A stretch of DNA of 24,000 nt from Georgenia sp. AZ-5 (GCF_043952095.1 NZ_JBINOU010000001.1:2795629-2819628), one strand, 5' to 3'. Counted from the stretch's first letter, positions 10,042 to 18,443 are shown. The notes: a model not told the origin generated them from the letters alone. A program made the numbers and translations.

Positions 10042-11355
10042 TCAGGCATCCGCGACGCCACAGAAGTCGACGATCGCGACGGCGAGCGTCTTGGTGCAGT
10101 CCAGGAGCCCGTCGATCTCGACGTACTCGTCCGGGGAGTGCGCGCCGCCCCCGGTGGGGCCGAACACCACGGCCGGTGTGTCGGTGTACAGATTGAAGAT
10201 CATCGAGTCGGTGGCGGCGTCCAGGCCGCCGACGGTCGTGGGCCGCCCCGCCCCGGCCGCGAAGGCCTCCAGGAGGCTGTTGACCACCGGATGGTGGGCG
10301 GGAACCTCCACCCCGTCGAACGGGCGCATGAGGGCGCGCTCCAGCCGCGGCGGGTGAGCGGCGAGGAAGGGGTCCGCGGCCACCCGGTCGAGCACGAACC
10401 GCTCGAACCGGGCGAGCATCGCCTCCCGGTCGTCCGCGGGCAGGACGTCCACCCAGAAGTGCAGCTCGGCGCTGGAGGGTGACGCCATCAGATTCGGGTC
10501 CCCCGCCCCCACGTACCAGACGGTGTCCGCCAGGGCCGGGCGCGGGCGCCTCGTCGTGTCGGAGAAGTAGGGGGTGGAGCTCAGCTCCGCCGCCCGGAGT
10601 CGCTCCCACGCGACGAGCGCCTCCTTGACCACGATCGCCTTGTCGAACGCGCTCACCCCCTGCCACCACCAGGCGTGGTGGGCGTTGATGCCGGGGACGG
10701 TCGCCTTGTAGGTCTGGCCGCCCTTCGTCGCGGCGACCACCTCGAGCCCGGTCGGCTCGGTCACGATCGCCGCGTCGGCGAGGTAGCCCTTGGCGCAGCA
10801 CGCGACGGTGCCGTTGTAGCCCCCGAGCTCTTCGTTGACGACACTCTCGACGACGACGTCGCCGCGCGGCCGGAGGCCGAGGTCGGCGAGGACCTCGACA
10901 GCGACGATCATGGCGGCGAGCCCGCCCTTCTGGTCGGCCGCTCCCCTGCCGTAGAGCCGTCCGCCGCTCACGACCCCGCCGTACGGGTCGTCCGCCCACA
11001 GCTGGCGCGGGCCCGCCGGCACGACGTCGCAGTGCCCGTTGAGGATGAGGGACCGCCCCCCGCCCGTCCCGCGGCGCACGCCCACCACGTTGGGCCGGTC
11101 GGTGTACTCCAGGCCCGGCCACCAGCCCGGGTGCTCCTGCACCCCGGGCACCGACCACGGCTCGAAGACGTCGACCTCGAGACCCGCCCGGGCGAGACGC
11201 TCCTCGATGAAGCGCTGCACGGGTCCTTCGTCCCCTCCCGGCGGGTGGGTCTCCGAGGGGATGCGGACGAGATCCGCGGCGAACCGGACGACGGACTCGC
11301 GTCTGCGGTCGACCTCGTCGACGATCTGCCTGACGGTGCGGGCGTCGAGCGCCAT
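10042..11355 (-). CDS. M20 family metallo-hydrolase (ArgE/DapE/ACY1-like amidohydrolase)
   Basis: 437 aa. M20 metal-ligand blocks LILNGHCDVVPAG, YGRGAADQKGGLAAMI, VNEELGG and GGGAHSPDEYVEI. ATG at 11355 lies 4 nt after the stop of the upstream SBP gene. Last gene of the operon. Confidence 0.8.
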   Translation of the reverse strand: MALDARTVRQIVDEVDRRRESVVRFAADLVRIPSETHPPGGDEGPVQRFIEERLARAGLEVDVFEPWSVPGVQEHPGWWPGLEYTDRPNVVGVRRGTGGGRSLILNGHCDVVPAGPRQLWADDPYGGVVSGGRLYGRGAADQKGGLAAMIVAVEVLADLGLRPRGDVVVESVVNEELGGYNGTVACCAKGYLADAAIVTEPTGLEVVAATKGGQTYKATVPGINAHHAWWWQGVSAFDKAIVVKEALVAWERLRAAELSSTPYFSDTTRRPRPALADTVWYVGAGDPNLMASPSSAELHFWVDVLPADDREAMLARFERFVLDRVAADPFLAAHPPRLERALMRPFDGVEVPAHHPVVNSLLEAFAAGAGRPTTVGGLDAATDSMIFNLYTDTPAVVFGPTGGGAHSPDEYVEIDGLLDCTKTLAVAIVDFCGVADA

Positions 11356-11359
11356 GAGG

Positions 11360-12511
11360 TCAGCCGCCTGCCGCGTCCCGGAGATCGGCGGGGAGCTCCT
11401 CGGCGAACTCGGCCTCCCAGCCCTCGGCCAGGTTCTCGGCGGTGGTGGGCACCGGGGCGGTCACCGCCATCTGAGGCGCCTCCTTGCCGAGGACGCCGTA
11501 CGCGGCCATCGTCGCAAGGTCGCGCCCGGTCTGGACGGCCGAGTTGGCGACCACGCCGACGACGTTGCCCCCGCCCACCATGTCGAGGGTCATGGTCTCG
11601 TCGAGATCGTTGGTCACGACGCGCACCTCGGGCCTGCCGGCGGCGCGCAGGGCGGACAGCACGCCGTCGGCGGCCGTCGCCCACGCGACGTAGAGGCCGC
11701 TGAGCTCGGGGTTCTGCGTGAGCATCGCCGAGGCGATGTCCTCGGTGCGCGCCGGATCGCTGAAGCCGGCCTCGGCGACGATCTCGATCTCCGGGTAGAG
11801 ATGGGCCAGCCAGTCCTTGAACGCCTGGTCGCGCTGGTTGGTGAACCAGAAGTCGGCGTCGTGGTAGATCCACCCGACCTCGCCCCGCCCGTCCAGGGCC
11901 TCTCCGAGCATCTCGGCCGCGCCCCTGCCGTACGCCGTGAGCTCGCCCGTGACGATGCCCACGATCTCCTCCCCGGCGGTGTAGCCGGCGGGCGGCGTGG
12001 TCAGCACCACGATGTGGACGCCCTGGTCCACAGCGGGACGGAAGGCCTCGGCGGCCGTGGTGGGGTCGACCGCGATGGTGACGATGATGTCCGGCGCGTT
12101 GGCCATCACGGTCTCGACGTTCGCCGCCTGCTGGGCGGCATCGAACTCGGCACTGGTGCTCGCGACCACCTCGATGCCCAGCTCGTCGAAGGACTCCCGC
12201 ACCCCGGACTCCACGGCCTGGATGAATGCGGAGTTCTCGTGCCAGACGAACGCCGCCGTGTAGCCACCCTCACGGACCTCCGCGACCTCCTCGTCGCTCA
12301 GGGTCAGCTCCGTCGAGGGAACCGGGACCTCACCGTTGGGGCCCCGGAACTCCAGGCTCGGCTCCTCGCCGGGGGCCGCCGTCGTGGCGGTCCCGGGCGG
12401 GCTGGCCTCGGTCGTAGGTGCACCGCCGCCTCCGCCGTCCGCGCAGGCCGCCAGTGCCGCCGCCGCGGCGACGACCAGCGCCGCCGCGCGGGGATTGCGT
12501 GGTCGACTCAT
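11360..12511 (-). CDS. Sugar-type (PBP type I, RbsB-like) ABC transporter substrate-binding lipoprotein, copy 1
   Basis: True start is ATG 12511 (MSRPRNPRAAALVVAAAAALAACADGGGG, lipobox LAAC). It overlaps the ATPase stop as ATGA (12508-12511). The 600-aa track ORF is an upstream read-through artefact. Periplasmic-binding-fold blocks: GIEVVASTSAEFDAAQQAANVE, PDIIVTIAVDP, HDADFWFTNQRDQAF, VRVVTNDL. Paralogous to 15553..16695. Confidence 0.8.
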   Translation of the reverse strand: MSRPRNPRAAALVVAAAAALAACADGGGGGAPTTEASPPGTATTAAPGEEPSLEFRGPNGEVPVPSTELTLSDEEVAEVREGGYTAAFVWHENSAFIQAVESGVRESFDELGIEVVASTSAEFDAAQQAANVETVMANAPDIIVTIAVDPTTAAEAFRPAVDQGVHIVVLTTPPAGYTAGEEIVGIVTGELTAYGRGAAEMLGEALDGRGEVGWIYHDADFWFTNQRDQAFKDWLAHLYPEIEIVAEAGFSDPARTEDIASAMLTQNPELSGLYVAWATAADGVLSALRAAGRPEVRVVTNDLDETMTLDMVGGGNVVGVVANSAVQTGRDLATMAAYGVLGKEAPQMAVTAPVPTTAENLAEGWEAEFAEELPADLRDAAGG

Positions 12512-13341
12512 GATGAGCGCTCCTCTGGTTCGCGTCGGTCCTTGGACCCGATCACGGGCGCGCGGTCGGCGCCCCCGACGATGTGGTCGACCAGCAGCCG
12601 CTCGCTGGTGCTGTCGACCGGGAGGTCGGCGACCTTCCGCCCGTGCCTCAGGACGACGGCCCGGTCGCAGACCTGGACGACGTGCTGCATGTTGTGGCTG
12701 ATCAGGATGACCGCCACCCCCTGGCTCCGCAGCGTGTCGATGAGCTCGAGGACGTGTGCCGACTGCTCCACCCCCAGCGCCGCGGCGGGTTCGTCCAGGA
12801 GCACGATGTGCCGGCCCCAGGCCACCGCCCGGCCGATGGCGATCGCCTGACGCTGCCCGCCCGAGAGGTAGGTGGTCTCGGTACGGGCGCCCGGGATACG
12901 GATCCCGAGCCCGGCGATGATCTCCTCGGACTCCCGGATCATGCGTCGCCTGTCGAGCCACCCCAGCCAGCCCCAGCCGGGCTTGACCAGCTCCCGCTTG
13001 AGGAAGAGGTTCGAGGCGACGTCGAGCGACTCCACCAGCCCCAGGTCCTGGTGGACCGTCTCGATCCCCAGCCGCTGCGCGGTGGCCGGGGAGTCGAGGG
13101 TCGTCTCCTGCCCGTCGACGACGATGCCCCCCGCGTCCGGCTGGTACACGCCGCTCAGGCACTTGACGAGCGTCGACTTGCCGGCGCCGTTGTCACCGAG
13201 CAGCCCGAGCACCTCGCCGGACCGCAGGGTGAGGGACACGTCGACGAGCGCCTGCACGCCACCGAAGGACTTGGACAGGCCCCGGACCTCGAGCACCACC
13301 TCGCCGCGCGTGGCCTTCCGTGCCTCCTGCCGGACGGTCAT
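12508..13341 (-). CDS. ABC transporter ATP-binding protein, single nucleotide-binding domain (FrcA-like half-size sugar ATPase)
   Basis: Start ATG 13341 (MTVRQEARKATRGEVVLEVRGLSKSFGG) overlaps the upstream stop as ATGA (13338-13341). Walker A GDNGAGKST, Q-loop VHQD, signature LSGGQRQAIAIGRA, Walker B IVLLDEPAAALG, H-loop ISHN. 277 aa means one NBD only. Confidence 0.9.
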   Translation of the reverse strand: MTVRQEARKATRGEVVLEVRGLSKSFGGVQALVDVSLTLRSGEVLGLLGDNGAGKSTLVKCLSGVYQPDAGGIVVDGQETTLDSPATAQRLGIETVHQDLGLVESLDVASNLFLKRELVKPGWGWLGWLDRRRMIRESEEIIAGLGIRIPGARTETTYLSGGQRQAIAIGRAVAWGRHIVLLDEPAAALGVEQSAHVLELIDTLRSQGVAVILISHNMQHVVQVCDRAVVLRHGRKVADLPVDSTSERLLVDHIVGGADRAPVIGSKDRREPEERSS

Positions 13342-14543
13342 GGCGCCTCCCCACCTCGTGCGGCGCGCCGCCCGTCGGTGGTCCACACGCCCTCGACGGC
13401 GACCTGCCCACGGGAGACGCCCGAGAGCGGCACCACGAAGGCCCGCGTGACGAACGCCTGGGCGCGGAAGCCGAAGATGACGGTGTCACCGGTGGCGATG
13501 CTCCGCTCCGAGGCGTCGAGCTGGCCGTAGTAGTCGATGGCCGACGGCGGGGGCAGCTGGGCCGCCACCGGGGGCCGGGCGAGGATCTCGTCCGCCGAGC
13601 CGCCCACGAGCGCACGGACCTGGTAGGGCTCGAAGACGGGGTCGATGTAGAGCCCGCCGCCGAACACGTACGCGCGAGAGCCGTAGAGGTGCGACACCTC
13701 GCTCAGGTAGAGCATGGCAGGGACCTCGGGAAGGTCCCGGACCGCGTGGAGCGGTGTCGTGCCGGTGAGGCCGTGCCCGGGCTCGACCTGGGTGGCTCCG
13801 GCGTCGGCCAGCGTGCGCAGCACGTCCGTCGACGTCGTCCCCGGCGCGTTCACCACGGGGCGCTCGTGGCCGGCGGCCTCCAGCTCGAGCCGCGCCCGCT
13901 CGAGGGTGCGCAGGTTCGGCGTGGGCAGCACGGCCTGCTCCCGCGGGTCGAACAGCAGTGCCGGGAAGGTCGTGACGCCGGCGAACCGGGCGTTCGGCGT
14001 CGCCCCGATCGCTCCGGCGACCCCGACGATCTCGTCGGCCGGGAACCCGCCCTCGTGGCCGGGGTAGAAGACGTCGCCTGGCGCGTGGATCCGGGCCACC
14101 AGGTCCTGCGCACGCCCCGCCCGGCCGGCGGCGGCGGCCGCCTCGCGGGCCTTGTCCATGGAGAACACGGTCCACACCGACGGGTGCGCGCGGGCGGCCT
14201 CGTCGGCCTCACCGCGCGGTACCTGCACCAGGTGCCCGAGGTGACCCAGGCGGTGCCCGGCGGCGTGCACGGCTCGGGCGCACGTCATGTCGACGGCCAC
14301 GAACCCGTCGGCGCCACCCCGGACGATCGCGTCGAGGGCGGGGGCGGGGCGACCGAGCTGCTTGGCCATGGCGAGGACCTCGAGGCCGAGCCCGTGAGCG
14401 CTCTGGCAGAAGGTCGCCGTGTTGGCCTCGATGGCGTCGAGGTCGAGCACGTAGCTGTTCGCCGGGATCATCCCGCGGCGGTGCAGGTCCGTCGCGGCCC
14501 GGAGAAGTGCCTGGTTGCGGCGGGACAGCGCCTCGAGGAACAC
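13338..14543 (-). CDS. YhfX-like fold-type III PLP-dependent enzyme (alanine-racemase N-terminal domain family; putative amino-acid racemase)
   Basis: 401 aa. N-terminus MFLEALSRRNQALLRAATDLHRRG, then AMAKQLGRP (candidate PLP-lysine), GHLGHLVQVP, TTFPALLFD, LPTPNLRTL, NAPGTTST, VEPGHGLTGTTP. These match my recollection of E. coli YhfX-type proteins. GTG start at 14543 with GGGGG SD, 11 nt after the permease stop. Confidence 0.7.
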   Translation of the reverse strand: MFLEALSRRNQALLRAATDLHRRGMIPANSYVLDLDAIEANTATFCQSAHGLGLEVLAMAKQLGRPAPALDAIVRGGADGFVAVDMTCARAVHAAGHRLGHLGHLVQVPRGEADEAARAHPSVWTVFSMDKAREAAAAAGRAGRAQDLVARIHAPGDVFYPGHEGGFPADEIVGVAGAIGATPNARFAGVTTFPALLFDPREQAVLPTPNLRTLERARLELEAAGHERPVVNAPGTTSTDVLRTLADAGATQVEPGHGLTGTTPLHAVRDLPEVPAMLYLSEVSHLYGSRAYVFGGGLYIDPVFEPYQVRALVGGSADEILARPPVAAQLPPPSAIDYYGQLDASERSIATGDTVIFGFRAQAFVTRAFVVPLSGVSRGQVAVEGVWTTDGRRAARGGEAP

Positions 14544-14554
14544 GGTTCACCCCC

Positions 14555-15526
14555 TCAGATCCTCTTCGGCTCACGCAGGCTCAGTGCCACCGCCAGCACG
14601 ATGATGGCCCCGCGCGCGATCATCTGGTCGGAGACGTCGAGCCCCATGAGGATCAGGCCGTTGTTGAGCATGCCGAGGATCAGGGAGCCGAAGAGCGCGC
14701 CGATCACGGTGCCGCGCCCGCCGAAGAGGTGCGTGCCCCCCACGACGACGGCGGCGATGACGGTCAGCAGGTCGGCCTCCCCCAGCGTGTAGCGCGCGCC
14801 GTGGAGGCGACCGGCGTAGAGCAGGCCGGCGAGGGCCGCGGTCATGGCGCTGATGACCAGGACCGCGACCCGGATGCGGCCCGTGCGGATGCCGACGTAC
14901 GCGGCCGCCCGGGGGGCGCCTCCCGTCGCCAGCGTGTGACGCCCGAAGCGCGTGTGCTTCAGGAAGACGTGCCCGACGACCACCGCCGCCGCGGTCCAGA
15001 TCAGCAGGCTCGAGATCGGCCCCACCGATCCGGATCCGAACCAGGAGGTGAAGGTGGCGTCCTGGACGGGTACCGCCTGGAGGTCGGTCACCTTGCGCGC
15101 GAGTCCCTGGCCGATCCCGAGGGTCCCGAGCGTGACGAGGAACGAAGGCACCCGGAGCCGGACGGTGACGAGGCCGTTGACCAGGCCCATGACGACCCCC
15201 ACGGCCAGGCCGCCCACGATGCCGGCGGCGAGCCCGTAGTCGCGCAGGGCGATCGCGCCCATGGTCGCGGACAGCGCCACGGTCGAGCCGATGGAGAGGT
15301 CGATCTCGCCGGCGCTGAGGGTGAAGGTCAGGCCGACGGCCATGACCGTGATCGGCGCGGTCTGCCGGACGATGGTGGTGAGGTTCCCGACGGTCAGGAA
15401 GCCGCGGTCGCTGAGGATGATCGCGAAGACCACGAGGATGATCAGGAACGCGAGGTAGACGATGTTGCGACCGAGCAGCGCCCCCACACGCTCGCCCAGC
15501 GTGGCCGGCGGCGACAGCGCGGTCAC
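14555..15526 (-). CDS. Sugar ABC transporter permease (RbsC/AraH-type, BPD_transp_2 family)
   Basis: 323 aa, about 9-10 TM helices. Typical blocks: FLTVGNLTTIVRQTAPITVMAVGLTFTLSAGEIDLSIGS, RFGRHTLATGG, AAYVGI. GTG start at 15526 with GGAGGTGAG SD. Confidence 0.85.
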   Translation of the reverse strand: MTALSPPATLGERVGALLGRNIVYLAFLIILVVFAIILSDRGFLTVGNLTTIVRQTAPITVMAVGLTFTLSAGEIDLSIGSTVALSATMGAIALRDYGLAAGIVGGLAVGVVMGLVNGLVTVRLRVPSFLVTLGTLGIGQGLARKVTDLQAVPVQDATFTSWFGSGSVGPISSLLIWTAAAVVVGHVFLKHTRFGRHTLATGGAPRAAAYVGIRTGRIRVAVLVISAMTAALAGLLYAGRLHGARYTLGEADLLTVIAAVVVGGTHLFGGRGTVIGALFGSLILGMLNNGLILMGLDVSDQMIARGAIIVLAVALSLREPKRI

Positions 15527-15552
15527 TCAGCTCACCTCCGGCGCTGCCGCGC

Positions 15553-16695
15553 TCACTGGTCCAGCGCCTGGCGGACCTCCGGGGGAAGTTCCCGGCTGAG
15601 GGACTCCTCCCAGGCCTCCGCGAGGTTCTCACGGGTCACGGTGATGAACCCGACGGTGCTGAACGGCGGCGCCTCCTTGTCCAGGAGCCCGTAAGCCCCG
15701 AGCGTCGCCATGGCGCGGCCCACCTGGTACGGGAGATCCGCGACGGTGCCGTGAACGGCGCCGCCCTGCGCCATGTCGAGGGCGTTGTTGACGCCGAGGT
15801 CGTGGGTGACGACGGCGATGTCCTCGCGGCCGGAGGCGCGGATGGCCTCGACGACGCCCTCCGCCGCGACGTCCCAGGCAACGTAGATGCCCTCGATGTC
15901 GGGGTGCTGGGAAATCATCGCCGAGGCCACGTCGAACGTCGCCCCTTCCTCGGTGAATCCTTTCGCGTCGACGATCACCAGCTCGGGATGGTTCTGCTCG
16001 ACGGCGGCCCGGAAGGCGTTGTCCCGGTTGTTGGTCACGAAGAAGTCGGCGTCGTGGAAGATCATGCCGACCTGTCCGCTGCCGCCGAGGGCGTCGCTCA
16101 TGAGGTCGGCGGCCGCCGCGCCCATGCCGAAGTGGTTGCCGGTGACGATGCCGACGTACTCCTCGCCGGGCCGGTAGCCCTCGGCGTGGTTGTCGGCGAG
16201 GACCAGCACGGTGCCGGAGTCGACGACCGGTCGGAACCCCTCCGCGCCCGAGACCGGGTCGACGATGAGGCTGAGGACGATGTCGGGCGCGAGGGCCATG
16301 GCCGTCTCGACGTCGTTGGCCTGGGTGGCGGCGTCGAACTGCGCGTCGGCCCTCGCGACGACCTCGATGCCGAGCTCGCTGAACCGGTCCGTCGCGCCGG
16401 CGTCGATGGCGTTGTACCACTCGCCTGCACCGGCCCACAGGTGGGCGGCCGTGTGACCGCCGGCCCGTATCCGCTCGATCTCCTCCTCGCTCAGCTGGAT
16501 CTCGTCGGCGGGAGTCGCCGGATTGCCGTAGGGGTCCATCTCCGTGCCGGACAGGTCGAGGTCGATCGGCTCGTCGAAGAAGGGGGTCGCCCCGCCGGCC
16601 TCGGGCTCGGCGGCGTCCTCGGCGCGGTCGCCGGTCGCGCAACCGGCTACGAGCAGCGCGAGCACGGACAATGCCGACAACCGATGAACCCGCAT
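15553..16695 (-). CDS. Sugar-type (PBP type I) ABC transporter substrate-binding lipoprotein, copy 2
   Basis: 380 aa. Signal peptide with lipobox LVAGC. Blocks collinear with copy 1: GIEVVARADAQFDAATQANDVE, PDIVLSLIVDP, HDADFFVTNNRDNAF, IAVVTHDL, GAYGLLDKEAP. First gene of the operon, with GGGGG SD upstream of ATG 16695. Confidence 0.8.
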   Translation of the reverse strand: MRVHRLSALSVLALLVAGCATGDRAEDAAEPEAGGATPFFDEPIDLDLSGTEMDPYGNPATPADEIQLSEEEIERIRAGGHTAAHLWAGAGEWYNAIDAGATDRFSELGIEVVARADAQFDAATQANDVETAMALAPDIVLSLIVDPVSGAEGFRPVVDSGTVLVLADNHAEGYRPGEEYVGIVTGNHFGMGAAAADLMSDALGGSGQVGMIFHDADFFVTNNRDNAFRAAVEQNHPELVIVDAKGFTEEGATFDVASAMISQHPDIEGIYVAWDVAAEGVVEAIRASGREDIAVVTHDLGVNNALDMAQGGAVHGTVADLPYQVGRAMATLGAYGLLDKEAPPFSTVGFITVTRENLAEAWEESLSRELPPEVRQALDQ

Positions 16696-16790
16696 GGTGA
16701 ACCCCCGACGTCGCAGGCTGGCTCAAGCGTCCTACCGCACCCGGTCACGGGCAAGCCCAGCATCCCGCCGCGAGGGAGCTCTCCGGCGCC

Positions 16791-17654
16791 TCAGGCCCCC
16801 GGCGCCGAGGGCCTGTCCACCGCCCCGCCGTAACGGCGGTCCCGGCGGGCGTAGATCTCGACCGCCCGCCACAGCGTGCGCCGGTCGACGTCGGGCCAGG
16901 CATCCTCGAGGAAGACCATCTCCGCGTACGCGGACTGCCAGAGCAGGAAGTTGCTGGTGCGCTGCTCCCCGCCGGTGCGCAGGAAGAGGTCGACGTCGGG
17001 CAGGTCGGGCTCGTCGAGGTACCGGGCGAGCGTCCTCTCGGAGACCTTCGCCGGGTCCAGGCGGCCGGCGGCGACCTCGCGAGCGATCTGCTGCGCGGCG
17101 TCGGCGATCTCCGCGCGCCCGCCGTAGTTCACGCACATGGTCAGCGTGCACACGGAATTGTGCTTCGTCTGCTCCTCGGCGACCTCCAGCTCGGAGATGA
17201 CCGAGCGCCACAGCCGCGGGCGGCGGCCCGCCCAGCGCACCCGGACCCCCCAGGCGTCCATCTGGTCCCGGCGGCGGTGGATGACGTCGCGGTTGAAGCC
17301 CATGAGGAAGCGCACCTCCTCCGGGGACCGCTTCCAGTTCTCCGTGGAGAAGGCGTAGGCCGACACGTGCGTGATGCCCAGCTCGATCGCGCCCGCCACC
17401 ACCTCGAGGAGGGCGGCCTCGCCGGCCTTGTGCCCCTCGACGCGCGGCAGGCCGCGGGCGTTGGCCCACCGGCCGTTGCCGTCCATGACGACGGCGACGT
17501 GCCGGGGCACGAACCGGCGGTCCATCAGCGGGGCCCGGGCGCCCGAGGGGTGCGGCGGCGGCGGGACGGGCCCGCGGCGCGTGGGGTCGGGCGCGGGGCC
17601 GGCCGGGAACACGGGCACGGCCGCGGCGGCGCGCGCGGCGACGTCGTCGCTCAT
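16791..17654 (-). CDS. uppS: Isoprenyl (cis-prenyl) diphosphate synthase, UppS family
   Basis: [45 protein letters not shown]. Start ATG 17654 ([10 protein letters not shown]...) overlaps the recO stop as ATGA (17651-17654). The 85 extra codons in the track ORF overlap recO. Confidence 0.9.
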   Translation of the reverse strand: MSDDVAARAAAAVPVFPAGPAPDPTRRGPVPPPPHPSGARAPLMDRRFVPRHVAVVMDGNGRWANARGLPRVEGHKAGEAALLEVVAGAIELGITHVSAYAFSTENWKRSPEEVRFLMGFNRDVIHRRRDQMDAWGVRVRWAGRRPRLWRSVISELEVAEEQTKHNSVCTLTMCVNYGGRAEIADAAQQIAREVAAGRLDPAKVSERTLARYLDEPDLPDVDLFLRTGGEQRTSNFLLWQSAYAEMVFLEDAWPDVDRRTLWRAVEIYARRDRRYGGAVDRPSAPGA

Positions 17655-18382
17655 GCGCGCTCCACCATGCGCAGGGACCGCAGCTGGCGCTCCAGGTGCC
17701 ACTGCAGGTAGGCCGCCACCAGTCCGGAGGCCTCCTTGCGGTGGCGGGGGTCCGAGACGTCCGCCACCGCCCACTCCCCCGACAGCAGCGCCCCGAGCAG
17801 GGCCATGGTCTCCGGCGCCGGTGCCGGAGACCCCGGCGGACGGCACGACGGGCACACCGCGCCGCCCACGGCGGGGTTGAACGCCCGGTGCGGGCCGGCG
17901 GCGCCGCACCGGGCGCAGTCGTAGCAGCTCGGCGCCCAGCCGGCCACGGACAGGGCGCGCAGCAGGTAGGAGTCCAGCACCAGCGACGGCGCGTGGGCGC
18001 GGCTCGCCAGCGCGTGCAGGGCGCCGGCCAGCAGCAGGTACTGCTGCGGCGCGGGCTCGCGCTCGATCTCGGTGAGCCGGGCCGCCGTCTCCACCATGGC
18101 CGTGGCCGTGGTGTAGAGCGAGTAGTCCGCGCCGATGGTGCGCCCGTACGGCGCGACGGTGTCCACCTGGGTCACCGTGTCGAGGTTGCGGCCCAGGTGC
18201 AGCTGGACGTCGACGACGCCGAACGGCTCCAGCCGCGCCCCGAACTTGCTCGACGTGCGGCGCACCCCCTTGGCGACGGCGCGCACCTGCCCGTGCTCGT
18301 GCGTGAGCAGGGTGATGATCCGGTCGGCCTCACCGAGCTTGTGGGTGCGCAGCACCACGGCCTCGTCCCGGTAGAGCTTCAC
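17651..18382 (-). CDS. recO: DNA repair protein RecO
   Basis: 243 aa. [54 protein letters not shown] is a textbook RecO N-terminal OB fold. Zn-finger CxxC...CxxC (CYDCARCG...CPSC). GTG start at 18382. Confidence 0.9.
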   Translation of the reverse strand: MKLYRDEAVVLRTHKLGEADRIITLLTHEHGQVRAVAKGVRRTSSKFGARLEPFGVVDVQLHLGRNLDTVTQVDTVAPYGRTIGADYSLYTTATAMVETAARLTEIEREPAPQQYLLLAGALHALASRAHAPSLVLDSYLLRALSVAGWAPSCYDCARCGAAGPHRAFNPAVGGAVCPSCRPPGSPAPAPETMALLGALLSGEWAVADVSDPRHRKEASGLVAAYLQWHLERQLRSLRMVERA

Positions 18383-18443
18383 CGGACCATCATCCCAGGT
18401 GCCCGGGGCGGGTGCCCGCAGCCCGCGCCGGTGAGGCCGGCCC

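Noticed and set aside
11360-13162. 600-aa ORF suggesting a very large binding protein, and similar 5'-extended ORFs (1991..3394, 6906..8078, 16791..17909, 12508..13386)
   Set aside because: The extensions run through the upstream neighbouring genes in another frame and are Arg/Pro/Gly-rich. Internal starts that coincide with ATGA, TGATG or SD signals give proteins of normal family length. Stop-poor alternate frames are expected at this GC content.
16696-16790. Promoter or operator for the six-gene operon in the 95-bp gap after uppS
   Set aside because: I could not find a -35/-10 pair with acceptable spacing. TTGCCC and TAGGAC are only 14 nt apart. There is no clear palindrome beyond a GAGCTC hexamer. 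The operon may be read through from recO-uppS or may use a non-canonical promoter. It is unresolved rather than absent.
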